Virus record (IMG/VR): IMGVR_UViG_3300028388_003025
Location: 1 to 64,000 of that record
DNA length: 64,000 nt
Strand: one strand, 5' to 3'
Origin: a virus
The notes below the pieces were generated by a model that was not told where the DNA came from, made no database searches, and saw only the letters and a program-made list of their open reading frames with translations. A program made the translations under genes and the position numbers. Below, piece after piece: positions 40,901-50,182 of this stretch. Numbering within the stretch: position 1 is the stretch's first letter; each line of letters opens with the position of its first letter.

Positions 40901-43900
40901 TGCAGTTAAGCAATTAAAAGGAACTATAAACCTTTATGATATGACTGGCGAGTTTGGCAATCCAGGAGAATTTAAACGCTTTGTTAGTCAGTATAAAAAC
41001 GTTAAGACTGCAGGGAAATGGCTTGCAACTAGTCTGTGGTTCACTCCAGTAGATAAGCTTGCTGAAGCATATTATATTGGATCGCTACCTGAAGAAGACA
41101 GAGATGAAAGGCAGAGAGCCGCTGCTGCAAAGATAATGACGTTTGGCCCACTACAGGGATTCAATGTTCTAACTGCTGGGGCAAATAAGAATTCAAGCAT
41201 TCAGACTGTAATGATGAATATGGATGCTGTTGAGGGTGTAAAGAATCCATTAGTTGGCATAATGATGTCATTTTACTTTGGCCAAAATAATGACATATAT
41301 TCAAAGAGCTCAAGATATAAGTCAGGGCCATTCAAGGATGGAGGAATGCTTAGTGGGATTAAGTTAGCTACTGCAGAGGCGCTTAATACAGCAGCAACAA
41401 CTACGCTTGTTGTTAAGGGTGCGGAAGTTGCTGGTGACTTTCATACTTCTAAACTATCAAAGCTAGACAATCCTACTGTATTGCTTTCATACCACAAGAA
41501 CCGTATGCACTCATTTTATTCTGAAGGAAGCAATGTTAAGAAATTGAGATCACAGATAATAAAACTAAAACAATCAATCGTTGAAGGAAAGGTTGATGGA
41601 GGAGAATCTAAGAAGATAATTAAATATTATGACAAGATGATAGCTGACTTAGATAATTTAGATTATTCAAAATTCAAGAAAGCAATTGATAAAGACTTTG
41701 CACAGATGACTGATATGATAAAGACTAGGTATAAGGATGCGAATGAACATATATTAACAAGCACTTTCAAAGAGAACATGGATGATAGTACGAAGTATAT
41801 GTCGTCTTTCTATAAGTCATTTACAATTAGAACAAGACCAGAGGGCATGCCATCTACTACCGCTACAATAATGACACAAACTATTATGAAAGGCTTAGGC
41901 CTTTCGCCTAGAGATAATCAAGCAATTAATGCTGCATTCAATTTAGGCAGCATGGCATATATGGCGCTAGCATCTGCGACAATAGCTAATGCTAATTATG
42001 GATACGACACGTATGCTACGAATGCTTATATAGATGGATTAAAAGCCTTGCATTATATGGAAGAAAATATTGCTGGAGATATAGCAAATATTCCTCTTGC
42101 AAACTTGCCAATGAATTTAAGAAAGTCACTAGGCTCATTTTTAGATGAGAGAACCAGAGAGCTTAATAAAAGCAGAACAGGAAAATTGTTAAGGCTACCT
42201 GGAATTAATAAGTCACAAATGTTCTGGCAGGACGTAATGGGCCTTGGTCTATCAAGGGGCAATAAGAAACTTACAACAATGCAAGCTGCAACTAGAGCTG
42301 GTTATACTAGAGAGCAGGTTTTAAAAATGATCGCCCAGTATAGATCAGAAGCTCTAATGTCTCCGACCAAGAAGGTTTTATCGTATTCTGCAGAGGAAGG
42401 TAAGTTGTCTAAGCTTGGCATTGACAATAAGATGAGGAAAAAGTTAGGCCTTGATGAATATACTTTGGATAAGATGGAAAAGCTTGCGCAGTCAGGATTG
42501 ATTTCAGATCCAGGAACCTTTGTTAATAAGCGCGCATTGTTTTCATTACAGAAGAAGAAAGTCCACGGAAGCCTAACCTTCGCTGAAAAGAAATTGTATA
42601 GGGAACTAGTTGGTGCGTATACTGGCGGAGTAAGACAATATGAAGGTTATGAGAAGTTGTTTTACAAGCCAAGATATGGACTAGAAATGTTTGCAAAAGA
42701 GATTGAAATAAATAGCATATACTCAAATGCAGTTAACCCAAGCGGAAGTCTAGACTTTGCTTCGCTTCTTCAGGACGCAAGCATTAAAGAGCAACAGACA
42801 TTTATGAATACAAATATGTGGACGCCGCTTCAAGATGACAATACTTCGCTTGCAGTTGAAGGCCACAAAAACTTTGTTGTTTTGTCATCACTTGCATTGT
42901 CTCGTGATCCAGACTTTAGAAAAAGATTTGAGAATATATCAAAGAAATACAACGTGGTAACTGGAACAACTGGCAAGGGTGGAATGAGAGACGCAATAAA
43001 CATAGCCTCTTTCCTAATGCATAAGAAAGGCGATTATAAGGGAGCTGCAGATATATCAGACAGGTTCTGGTTTGGAGATGCGAATAGAGCCGTTGAAGAA
43101 GCTAGGATGTTTAATCTTGGCAGTGAATACCACGACCTATGGAAGTCACAAATGAATGACGCAGAAGCTATGCGTAAGACATTATCTGATTCTGAGTTCT
43201 ATGATTTTATGGTTGAGTCATCTACATATATTGCATCTAAAGATAAAGCGCTAGCAAATTTCTTCGTTGGTTCAGATGACAAAATGCTTAAAGAGGTTAA
43301 GCGCCGAATGTTCTTTAAGTTCGGTGAAGACAAGAAGTCAATGAGGATAATGGAAGACCCAGTAACTGGCAAGGTAATATTTAAACCAGGCGGACGAAAG
43401 ACGAGAAAGAGATTCGTATTCGATAGGCGTAGAAATATATTTAAAAACTATAGCTACTCAAGCGGGTTTAATGGCGCTGGGTTTAAGCCAGATAGCTATC
43501 ATAACAAGATGGTTCAGGCATACCTCAAGATAGATGAGAACTTGCTGTATACTGCACAATCATATGTTATAAGCCTAGATAAGGACGATGTAGTTCCGAA
43601 AGAAATGAAAAATGCGCACATCGTAATCGAGCAGGGCAACGCAGAACACTCTCTTGCCTTTAATCCGGAAACAAATGAATGGCATGTTCAGGTAAGAAAT
43701 ATAGACCCACAACTAAACTATGAAGAAAAGAACAGGTTCTTTACTCGCCACAACTATAAAAAACAGCTTACTGCTGAAGCGAAAACTCTTGTATCTATGA
43801 AGACAGATTTACAGGAGCTTTCTAAAGCGGTATCTCGTGGGTCAGTAAATGAAGAAGGTGAATTTGAATACGTTCCAGGCAAGTCTCCTCTATCTAAAGA

Positions 43901-44210
43901 TAAGGGGCATGCAGCAAAGATGCAGCGAGTATTTAACAGATTAAAGACAGAGGCCAAATACGTAAGAGATGATAATAGCAGACGAACAGAAATGGAGAAT
44001 AGCCAAGCTGCTGTGAAATTAATGATAGAAAAATTGAGACAAATTGGAGGAATAAACAAGGAATCAAAGAAGCTAAAAAAGATGGCTAATAAATATTGGC
44101 TAGATTTTATGTCTTTTGATTACTATTCTAAAGACAGCTTAGAACAACTTATAACGACAGACATATCAGAAATAAGCTATAATAGTCTTAACAAGGTGGT
44201 TGTATATTAA
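34914..44210 (+). CDS. Giant tape-measure-position protein with embedded DEDDh 3'-5' exonuclease domain
   Basis: Follows G/GT chaperone; Gly/Ala hydrophobic segment ~39480-39990; FDLET, YNAEFD, HDAGAD motifs. Confidence 0.8.
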   Translation: MAFDNIDELQLRLQQLEGKIYGGTSGEDILDLFEEKEELEGKLARAKSFISNTTDSDYPNLYLENTIYDQNKANLQKMISQQETELIHADNSFKSESYKEFLRKDISTKKKTIDKMMGKSVPLTKEFSNFYGEDISIKNKTHSLIDTHGIGRAYQRFLKDMETGKVSKIDSATGIAYDKNMLTPADIFKDARSALAGAVTNMSGKNDDIVPIIMARSNAFDLATITEAFTDPYSKQSRMVDMIRDGSVKLAGDPILVNKLSLYNANKLERLNDTEIEFFRMMEGNRLKFTPIGARAAMFPEGRATYVKNRITKGKNISAIGLSRLRGLDSAASFSGASNIIDESVTAYNEVFKYIANNFFGNVGAKVERVDRLFDEIFYGNPEDGAKRLTKFISRESIAQPIREKIIESIYGYKPSKRQIRAEYKSISEAVISWVRGERVFPNTKTIGTGSEPGKQYITGDFRTVMSRSAMRKKATQKFIPTGHDMRAFISARESQLIEKKFLLKEDKWSLWTGIFTKDTDEIKEVTQKILKEEPYAALGGGFKSANRTINEIIRASFMAESSLDIDEARDIFLASRAANYSQDSKKFASYARRTRSMGYDDFVSMSERFRTYRGRGDSLRNLQRLTLQGFRNMNSLESSAKSYGYDALISRIAKSLDRDLILKTTESDVGMDILDSVKGINLRQAAVELLYDQLSASGVSLKNVKSKRAELSKTTLHGMINPLLLRDRGTNRFAGRMLFDIPDRAAGQVGDFASEYLKIFKNNPGLFSSMMDVSGLNLMAQPMNKAGGFTKQNINMQLNDAKDFISKFIDPSSGKARQNMTSRDKVMYRMFIGQSGSQMIEDIDKYKQSLSEARPAINDIVANANRNNKLKRIMTNLSSIDKADLNRIDSTYSEMVDNMKLQVSLLGGDPNSKEYSDFIVDESARALNRIVMGSNMDNIFTAKLKMVLDENDLKVGNRLDVRRNTYSNLRDKRLIGFDLETHGTKYSQGDVYQFGATVRRKGKTTNFAVTLPFTFKEGGKSSALVGAYTGTQGPSKKDLRRLRSLNKYISGLDPDLAGTYFAAYNAEFDLKKLDSWINAVEGSADGLTADPYYQELKKFQKFVGRATRRGKTIDVFDVVKNVSINDKSFRTSTSLSQTKVASMLGIMFSNAHDAGADTKAMIDVLLELEKKHGNLFSYGAHKGNRFVGSVEAGAGFLGTMTKMYDIADEVAKRHGSSNYERRQFIKMIEKSARSTMTKAVRIVSEKSMFEHGRGANVGDSVMDMTKARRVEVAPESVGAIKEMLIDIASIDNKDSFRALLDRGFNSGVNKLYQKAYQLVEGDREVVSLMKYLPTRRTKTSSSQVIQEVVKRIRSGALTNTRQIKGAMPRIIFDLYLESIKPKKELRATQSFIKGSYTVMKGIGNSIMRRGIPTDAEVAENVRALRANKAYSYIYKTAGDIEDRLMAASRKYIEPITETIMKPINFFADKEYERFVSSKGFGKIDDLLSASGSADDMQKVLEHRARLHRNAFKYKHINTAFKGVKSGLGKVGRVIGLGGKLGLNILDAYQFADSVSMLFGKSVHLKGMRPVLIDSKEAARHAVMSGAYESEKDFNAQRIYGAFWTAKGIKMGGTGVNIFLRGAGKGLAKGALKGLGKKTISKFGIGAGLAMIPVVGPFLAGAYGIAMGISMAIDIVGLGQMFMGGQGFSTLDIFRTATAYKYDSLGREYTTREWSLWAKMRGHTAPGYADDSSSGIKLLGAAAAIAAFNAHGSMRTHNVSDIEDLMGATAKRALIKDQSSALLNSLEQVFKGGVETKDKKAFRSMLIDTQRRLKKEVATGLIPEFEGTSIRRQLVKINRMHKAGYEGGTVSAELVRTLADAKYYMMFDKYRGMSIKQRDSLRQVMFSEDLKPYLNEYKHALSMSVNYLTSGSEGKIADIFKDNNMLGEVASIIGKRGDKRIDSSSYEHMVDLVKSQLKAKTDKLQRVQNLATQGNVGYEANLLRKAYISSGFYKSDAVKQLKGTINLYDMTGEFGNPGEFKRFVSQYKNVKTAGKWLATSLWFTPVDKLAEAYYIGSLPEEDRDERQRAAAAKIMTFGPLQGFNVLTAGANKNSSIQTVMMNMDAVEGVKNPLVGIMMSFYFGQNNDIYSKSSRYKSGPFKDGGMLSGIKLATAEALNTAATTTLVVKGAEVAGDFHTSKLSKLDNPTVLLSYHKNRMHSFYSEGSNVKKLRSQIIKLKQSIVEGKVDGGESKKIIKYYDKMIADLDNLDYSKFKKAIDKDFAQMTDMIKTRYKDANEHILTSTFKENMDDSTKYMSSFYKSFTIRTRPEGMPSTTATIMTQTIMKGLGLSPRDNQAINAAFNLGSMAYMALASATIANANYGYDTYATNAYIDGLKALHYMEENIAGDIANIPLANLPMNLRKSLGSFLDERTRELNKSRTGKLLRLPGINKSQMFWQDVMGLGLSRGNKKLTTMQAATRAGYTREQVLKMIAQYRSEALMSPTKKVLSYSAEEGKLSKLGIDNKMRKKLGLDEYTLDKMEKLAQSGLISDPGTFVNKRALFSLQKKKVHGSLTFAEKKLYRELVGAYTGGVRQYEGYEKLFYKPRYGLEMFAKEIEINSIYSNAVNPSGSLDFASLLQDASIKEQQTFMNTNMWTPLQDDNTSLAVEGHKNFVVLSSLALSRDPDFRKRFENISKKYNVVTGTTGKGGMRDAINIASFLMHKKGDYKGAADISDRFWFGDANRAVEEARMFNLGSEYHDLWKSQMNDAEAMRKTLSDSEFYDFMVESSTYIASKDKALANFFVGSDDKMLKEVKRRMFFKFGEDKKSMRIMEDPVTGKVIFKPGGRKTRKRFVFDRRRNIFKNYSYSSGFNGAGFKPDSYHNKMVQAYLKIDENLLYTAQSYVISLDKDDVVPKEMKNAHIVIEQGNAEHSLAFNPETNEWHVQVRNIDPQLNYEEKNRFFTRHNYKKQLTAEAKTLVSMKTDLQELSKAVSRGSVNEEGEFEYVPGKSPLSKDKGHAAKMQRVFNRLKTEAKYVRDDNSRRTEMENSQAAVKLMIEKLRQIGGINKESKKLKKMANKYWLDFMSFDYYSKDSLEQLITTDISEISYNSLNKVVVY

Positions 44211-45265
44211 TGCCAATTAGCTACGATGATTATATGAGTAAGATAGAGACTTCTGGCAGTAAGTTCACAACAGGCTCTGCATATTCTTTTTCTGTTACAG
44301 GATCAGGGTACTCGTCTGTATATGCATCTAACAATGCAAGTAAACAGAATTTATCTGCATCGAATGTTTCAAAGAAGATAGGTGTGGGCCCTGAGGGCAT
44401 ATCCCACCTAGGAAATGCTAGTGCATTTGGCAAGTTCAAAAGAACAAGTATAGAAAGAAAGTATCAGGCAGATACAGAATATTATATAAGGAAAGACTAT
44501 ACGAAAGCCGTAACAACAATGCAGACCTATTCCGATTATGGTTCTGGGCCATTAGGGAAAGCAAATAGGAATATATTTGATATGGGTGAGCTTACCTATT
44601 CAAGAACAAGTACCCGCAGGACATATGACACAGCTTCTTCTAAGCTTCCAAACCACATGAACCCAACTGCTCTTGATGACACTTCGTTTCAGTATGGTGT
44701 TACTGGATCTACATTTGCAAAGATAAATACATCAAATCCATATAAATCAATGTCTGTTCTCTACAGCATGCAATTGATCAATACGGATACCAAACAGGTA
44801 GATTCGGATCTAGTCAATAAGTATTTCAGTTCTGCTACAAAGGATCCAACTGTATTTTCTAACGCTGTAAAAACGTTTAATCAAATAGAAAAGAAAACTC
44901 GTGCCTTGCGAAAGTCTGGAGAGCTACCAAAGGGAGATGGCGGGACGGCAACATTAGGTGCAGATGCAACAGAAGATGGTGTGTCTTTCTATTACTTAGA
45001 TAAAGATGGCAAAAAGCTAGAGGTTGCAACAATGCCAAACGTCTCGCCAGAGGATGCTGAAATAATAAGCATGGTTAAGGCTGGCGCACTTGCTGGCTCT
45101 ATCGATAATGGTTCCAAGACTTCAAATCCATACTATAGGCTTTTGACTTCTGGAAGTATAGACGCCAAGAAATTGGACATAGTAATGAAGCACGGCTTCC
45201 TTTCTAACGCAATGAACATTTCTGATGCATCGTTTGCATCAATTAACAAGATATTTGTGATATAA
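44210..45265 (+). CDS. Hypothetical tail-module protein
   Basis: TAATG coupling to TMP; Ser/Thr rich. Confidence 0.75.
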   Translation: MPISYDDYMSKIETSGSKFTTGSAYSFSVTGSGYSSVYASNNASKQNLSASNVSKKIGVGPEGISHLGNASAFGKFKRTSIERKYQADTEYYIRKDYTKAVTTMQTYSDYGSGPLGKANRNIFDMGELTYSRTSTRRTYDTASSKLPNHMNPTALDDTSFQYGVTGSTFAKINTSNPYKSMSVLYSMQLINTDTKQVDSDLVNKYFSSATKDPTVFSNAVKTFNQIEKKTRALRKSGELPKGDGGTATLGADATEDGVSFYYLDKDGKKLEVATMPNVSPEDAEIISMVKAGALAGSIDNGSKTSNPYYRLLTSGSIDAKKLDIVMKHGFLSNAMNISDASFASINKIFVI

Positions 45266-45272
45266 TTATTCC

Positions 45273-46274
45273 ATGGCATTTGTAGTAAATAAGATAGATT
45301 ACACACAGGCTAGGGATAATCTCAAGCAAGTAAAGCTTTTTGGCAATCCTATAGATATAGGCCCAGGAAATCAAAAGTGGCTTGACGAAGCTGCAAAGAA
45401 AAACTCTAAGGTAAATCAGTTATCATCTATATTATTAGGAAAAGAAAAAGATGCAGTAGTTCTCGAAGAGTATACTGGCAATAAAGATAATGGCAGATAC
45501 TTTGTATTTGTTGAATATAAAGATTGGCAGAACCAACAACGAAGAGGCATCACTGGTGATGGCAACATGATATTGTCTACCATGAGTGAAATAGAATTTA
45601 CAGACTCTCAGGTTCTACCAGATGTAAATGTTCCTGGCATGGGTGCAATAACAATGAACATGGGGCCTAATGCTAAGTATATAAACTTTAAAGGTATGTT
45701 TATGTTTGACAGGCCAGAAGAGTCTGTCGCTTGGCTGGAAGAAAGAAAAGATTCTGGGGCCGTATTTAAATTTCATTACAAGAATTGGCATAGATATGCA
45801 ATGATTGCCAGATTAAATTTTAAAGCTGGCAAAAATCATGAGCATATATCTTATGAGATAGGGTTAAAGTTCCTCTCGTTCGATCAGGAAGATGTAGTTA
45901 ATATTGTAAAAGATTCATCTAAGAGAACTAGGCTATCAGAGTTTGCTATGTCTGAAGTCTCAGGAAGATTATTATTAGCATATGCCGACGCTGCAGCTTC
46001 TGTTACTGGCCTTAATGATAAGGTTGATGAGTTCAGTGCATTTCTAGAAAATGCTGAAAAGAATTTCGGCTTCATATCATCAGTAATATCTGGTGCAAGT
46101 AACTCAATGAATGTTTTATTGCAGAACAATGTCTTAACAAAGGCAGCAAAAGAAACAAAAAGAGTGCTAGGCAATGCTACTGCAGATTTAACTAAAAGCC
46201 TTAATGCTGCTGGTAATTTTAATAAAACTATTGACAATGCTGTTTCAGATATAAAATCTAAACTAGGATTCTAG
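45273..46274 (+). CDS. Putative tail tube initiator / baseplate protein
   Basis: Position; VNVPGMG...NMGPNAKYINFKG tube-like motif. Confidence 0.55.
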   Translation: MAFVVNKIDYTQARDNLKQVKLFGNPIDIGPGNQKWLDEAAKKNSKVNQLSSILLGKEKDAVVLEEYTGNKDNGRYFVFVEYKDWQNQQRRGITGDGNMILSTMSEIEFTDSQVLPDVNVPGMGAITMNMGPNAKYINFKGMFMFDRPEESVAWLEERKDSGAVFKFHYKNWHRYAMIARLNFKAGKNHEHISYEIGLKFLSFDQEDVVNIVKDSSKRTRLSEFAMSEVSGRLLLAYADAAASVTGLNDKVDEFSAFLENAEKNFGFISSVISGASNSMNVLLQNNVLTKAAKETKRVLGNATADLTKSLNAAGNFNKTIDNAVSDIKSKLGF

Positions 46275-46283
46275 GAGACATTA

Positions 46284-48218
46284 ATGACTACTGATCTTGT
46301 AAATAATTACAACGCAGCTTCTGACTTCTTGCAGAATGCAGAAACTATCTTAGGATCAAATCTATTATCTCAGGTAGTTATAAACAGGCTGAATGGAGTT
46401 ATAAAAGATCAAGACAAGGCTGATTATTTTAATGCAATTAAGTCTGGACTATCAAGTGTTCAGGAAGAGTTAACACTCGTAGACACTGGTGAGTTTTCTA
46501 GCTTTACACAATCAGAGAAACTATCACCGCCTGGTGCATTGTATGGCAATGAGGATGAAGTAGTTTCTCCAGGTGTTGCTGAACAAGCTTCGTTCAGCGT
46601 AATGCATCCAAATGTTCTCGATTACGATATACCAGTAGCTGGCTCAACACCAAAGCCTGGGTATTTAATGTTCTACATAGGACAAGACACAAGTCACTCA
46701 CACTTAATGGCATGTCAAGGCTTGGCTCCGCAATCTTTTACAAAGCACGTAAACGTCCTTTCAGTTCCAAATATAGGCGAGAGCAATGAATTTGAAACCT
46801 CTCCACAACAGATAGCCTATCCATTTGTTATGAAATATAGTAACTCTGTTGATCCACTTGAATATAAATATTTAATATTTTATGCGTCAGAGAATCAAAA
46901 CATAGACGGGACACTGGATAGCACTTGTGATATACGTGTAGTGAAGTGGACAGGAGAAATAAACCCTGACACAGGAGACTTTACATATAACGGAAATAGC
47001 ACTATAGACGCGGTGTCTATAGATGTTGATGGTAATAAAGTATTTTCTAGTGGTGATTTAGTATTAGAGCATACAGCTGAGGTGCCTAGCCTTTATGCTC
47101 CATACGCAGAGTATGAAGAATCTACAGGCATTGTACACATATGGTACACAGGTCTCGATGCACAATCTGCAACGTCTGCAATCTATTATACTCAAACTAC
47201 TATAGCTAACTTAACAGCTGGCACGCCATCATTAGTTGCATTGTCTCCAGTACCATTCATTTCATTGCAAAGAGGAAGTGATGGATTGATTGCTGCAAAT
47301 GAATCCATCTTTAGAAAAGACGGGTCGACATTATCATTAGGCAATCATTGTATAGCATTTAAGGGAAAGCTTTTAGCTAGAGGATCAAGGCAGTATAGGC
47401 ATTGCTGGCTGAGTGTTGAAGCATTTTCTGAGGCTGGCGATTCAGAGTACATATGTCTACATGCAATAACGCCAACAGAAGTAATTACAGAGAGTTACAA
47501 TCCTAGCCCACAAATACATAGTATAGTTGGCGACAAAGACGATTTCTCTTCAGCAATATCTAGATGTTATGCTCCTGCAGTCTACTCTGTTAATGGTGAA
47601 GATACTTTTTATACTTGGTGGACGTCTGGTTCAGAATCTAAAAGCTTTATAGCATTTGCTGGAAACAAAACACTAGCATCTAAGTATTGGGCAGAGACAC
47701 CTGCGTCTGTTGTGTTCAATGAAATGCAAGGTCAAGAGGCGGCTAGAGCATTGGTTGACTCATCTAATGAAGGTCAGACAAATAACTTTTATGTATTTAA
47801 GGCTGGAGAGTCAAGCGCTGAAGTGCCGATGAACATACCGGAATTTCCGATAAGCTTAACTGTACCTGAGGATATTTATAATTTTGATATAGACAAATCC
47901 ATTAAGATGACAACACAGGCATCAATCGATGCTAAGGAGCCTATTGACAGCTCCATAAGTTCTAGCAAGTTTGATAGCTATACTGGCAGAAGCCAACAAA
48001 GAAAAGACGTCTACTTAGAGGGCTATTATGTTTGTAAGCCTGGCGACACACTTGATAGGATAGCCTCTTTGTATTATAAAGACTATATAAAGGATGACAT
48101 CCCATTCGGAGTTATACAATACGCCGGAATGATTTCAAGCGTTAATGGCGACATAGATGACATAGACATAACTCCAGGACTTAAGCTTAACATACCAGAT
48201 CCAAGAGAGTTGAAATGA
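46284..48218 (+). CDS. Baseplate LysM (gpX-like) protein with large beta-propeller-like region
   Basis: C-terminal YVCKPGDTLDRIASLYY...PGLKLNIP; repeated P-x-V...Y-x-x-Y blades. Confidence 0.7.
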   Translation: MTTDLVNNYNAASDFLQNAETILGSNLLSQVVINRLNGVIKDQDKADYFNAIKSGLSSVQEELTLVDTGEFSSFTQSEKLSPPGALYGNEDEVVSPGVAEQASFSVMHPNVLDYDIPVAGSTPKPGYLMFYIGQDTSHSHLMACQGLAPQSFTKHVNVLSVPNIGESNEFETSPQQIAYPFVMKYSNSVDPLEYKYLIFYASENQNIDGTLDSTCDIRVVKWTGEINPDTGDFTYNGNSTIDAVSIDVDGNKVFSSGDLVLEHTAEVPSLYAPYAEYEESTGIVHIWYTGLDAQSATSAIYYTQTTIANLTAGTPSLVALSPVPFISLQRGSDGLIAANESIFRKDGSTLSLGNHCIAFKGKLLARGSRQYRHCWLSVEAFSEAGDSEYICLHAITPTEVITESYNPSPQIHSIVGDKDDFSSAISRCYAPAVYSVNGEDTFYTWWTSGSESKSFIAFAGNKTLASKYWAETPASVVFNEMQGQEAARALVDSSNEGQTNNFYVFKAGESSAEVPMNIPEFPISLTVPEDIYNFDIDKSIKMTTQASIDAKEPIDSSISSSKFDSYTGRSQQRKDVYLEGYYVCKPGDTLDRIASLYYKDYIKDDIPFGVIQYAGMISSVNGDIDDIDITPGLKLNIPDPRELK

Positions 48219-50182
48219 TTGAGAATTACATAGAAGATATAAGAAAAGGACTTAATCCACTTGTCTTTGTCAAGATATCCAAGTCAGGAATTGATTATAC
48301 TCAAGATAATGATGGAGATATAGATACTGTAGAGAAGATAACTATCTCAGACTTATTTGATTCGACTAAAAAGAATATAAAGTTTTCTGAAATAATAGAC
48401 AGGGCCCAAGAAAAGGCTTCTTTACTTCCAAAGAAAACCAGCGTTAAACAGCTAGACAAATATATAATAGGAGATTTGCCAGGGCATCCAGGTAAGCACG
48501 TCTCTATCGCAGAGACTGAAGAATATTTAGAGCTAAATAATATATTCTCACTAAAGGTAGAGAATAATCAAGAATCAATGGCGGATACATTTAGGTTTTC
48601 TATTCCTTTATCATCAATGTATTTTGACTCAAAAAATGCATCAAAGATATTTACATATATTAAAAAGCTAGTATCAACGCTTCAAACAAAGGAAGAGATA
48701 GATAGCAGATCAATCAACCAACAGTATACACATCTCAATAAAATGAAAAGCTCTGGTAGATATGTTGAAATATATTATGGATATAAGGAACAGATCCCAG
48801 ACGGAGAAGAAGTTCATGATGTCTACGACCAGCACTTTAGCAGGTTCGTTGGGTGTGTTGACTTTTGTTCTGTAAATGAAATATATAATATAATTAGTTT
48901 TTCTGGCAGAGATCTAGTTGGGCTAATGATGGATATAAAGTCTTCTGTAGACTTTTCTCAAAGCCTAAAGAATGTGTCATCTGTAGTAAGAACAAGCGTA
49001 ATGAAAAACACAGGCTTAGTCCTGCTTGAAAATACTTATACTGACTGCATGATTAAAGGCACAAAAAAAGAAAGAGTTAAAGACTCAATACTTACAACCC
49101 AAGGCCAGATAACTAGCTTCTTAAAATCAGTTAGCACTACTGGAGAGAGATACGAAGAAGAAACAGGAAACATATTTGAAATAGCTGAAAAAGTTTTTGA
49201 TCCAGAAAAGGCTGGGGATTCAAATCAAAAAGAAATAAACAGGTATGCGCAAGCAGCGAAAGCCTTTCATAACTCATACGGAAATGAAGCTATAAATTTT
49301 TGGGATATATTACAATTTGCAGCGACAATAACAAACCATGTTGTATATCTAATACCAGGAACAAATATAATATATTTTGGAATACCTGACTACTCACTAT
49401 CAAAGGGTTCTATAAATTTGCCAAGCAGAGATACCAATACTGGTGCAATATCTAATGGCAAAGAAGTCAATACACTTCAATTTAGATATAGTATGCCTGT
49501 GTCAAAACATTCAAAGAAGATATTGGTTGCAACATCATCATCTAATGCTGGAGGATATTATTCTTATGTCATATGCCCTAAAGAGATATTGGGAACAGGC
49601 GGAACTGTGTCTTCATTTGTTAGCGACCTAAAGGCAAAGCTTAATGCTTTTGCAGCTAAAGATTCTAATGTAAATAAATCATCTCTTGCTACAGATTTGA
49701 TGTACAGAGTAAAGACCAAGGATGGCTTTCAAGACTATTCAATAATATTTGCGGCTACTGGCAGTAACTTTGGAGATGCTAAAGACTTGTTTAGGTTCTC
49801 TTCCATAGTTGCATACAAAAGATTATTGGTTGATACAGTAAAAATAAATGCCATGGTTATTGGTGATGGCACGATTAATACAAGTTATGCGTCTACTATA
49901 AAAAATGCTTCAATTCTTGAGAGAATATTTAATTATAATGATACAACACTTGTTAATGATACTGAATATAATGGTGTAAAGTTTAAAGTGGCAGAAGCAA
50001 CGCATGAATATACTTCAGAAAAAGGATTCTTCACAAATCTATTATTGGAAAAATCTTTCCTTGAAGATATGAGAAGCACATCTACAGGGTTAGATAATGG
50101 AATTTATTGTATAGAGCTTCAGTTAGACCAGGAAACAGTTGCTGGCCTTAGTCAAGATAAAGGAAGCAGGATATATAACTAA
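48215..50182 (+). CDS. Baseplate hub protein (gpD/gp27-like)
   Basis: ADTFRFSIP, VEIYYGY, FSGRDLVGLM, VAEATHEYTSEKGFFT. Confidence 0.75.
   Translation: MIENYIEDIRKGLNPLVFVKISKSGIDYTQDNDGDIDTVEKITISDLFDSTKKNIKFSEIIDRAQEKASLLPKKTSVKQLDKYIIGDLPGHPGKHVSIAETEEYLELNNIFSLKVENNQESMADTFRFSIPLSSMYFDSKNASKIFTYIKKLVSTLQTKEEIDSRSINQQYTHLNKMKSSGRYVEIYYGYKEQIPDGEEVHDVYDQHFSRFVGCVDFCSVNEIYNIISFSGRDLVGLMMDIKSSVDFSQSLKNVSSVVRTSVMKNTGLVLLENTYTDCMIKGTKKERVKDSILTTQGQITSFLKSVSTTGERYEEETGNIFEIAEKVFDPEKAGDSNQKEINRYAQAAKAFHNSYGNEAINFWDILQFAATITNHVVYLIPGTNIIYFGIPDYSLSKGSINLPSRDTNTGAISNGKEVNTLQFRYSMPVSKHSKKILVATSSSNAGGYYSYVICPKEILGTGGTVSSFVSDLKAKLNAFAAKDSNVNKSSLATDLMYRVKTKDGFQDYSIIFAATGSNFGDAKDLFRFSSIVAYKRLLVDTVKINAMVIGDGTINTSYASTIKNASILERIFNYNDTTLVNDTEYNGVKFKVAEATHEYTSEKGFFTNLLLEKSFLEDMRSTSTGLDNGIYCIELQLDQETVAGLSQDKGSRIYN

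Noticed and set aside
34914-44210. 3098-aa protein as a virion RNA polymerase (N4- or crAss-like size)
   Set aside because: I found no DxDxD/DFDxD or convincing T7-type motifs; its position after the G/GT chaperone and its hydrophobic segment fit a tape measure. A profile search is still worthwhile.
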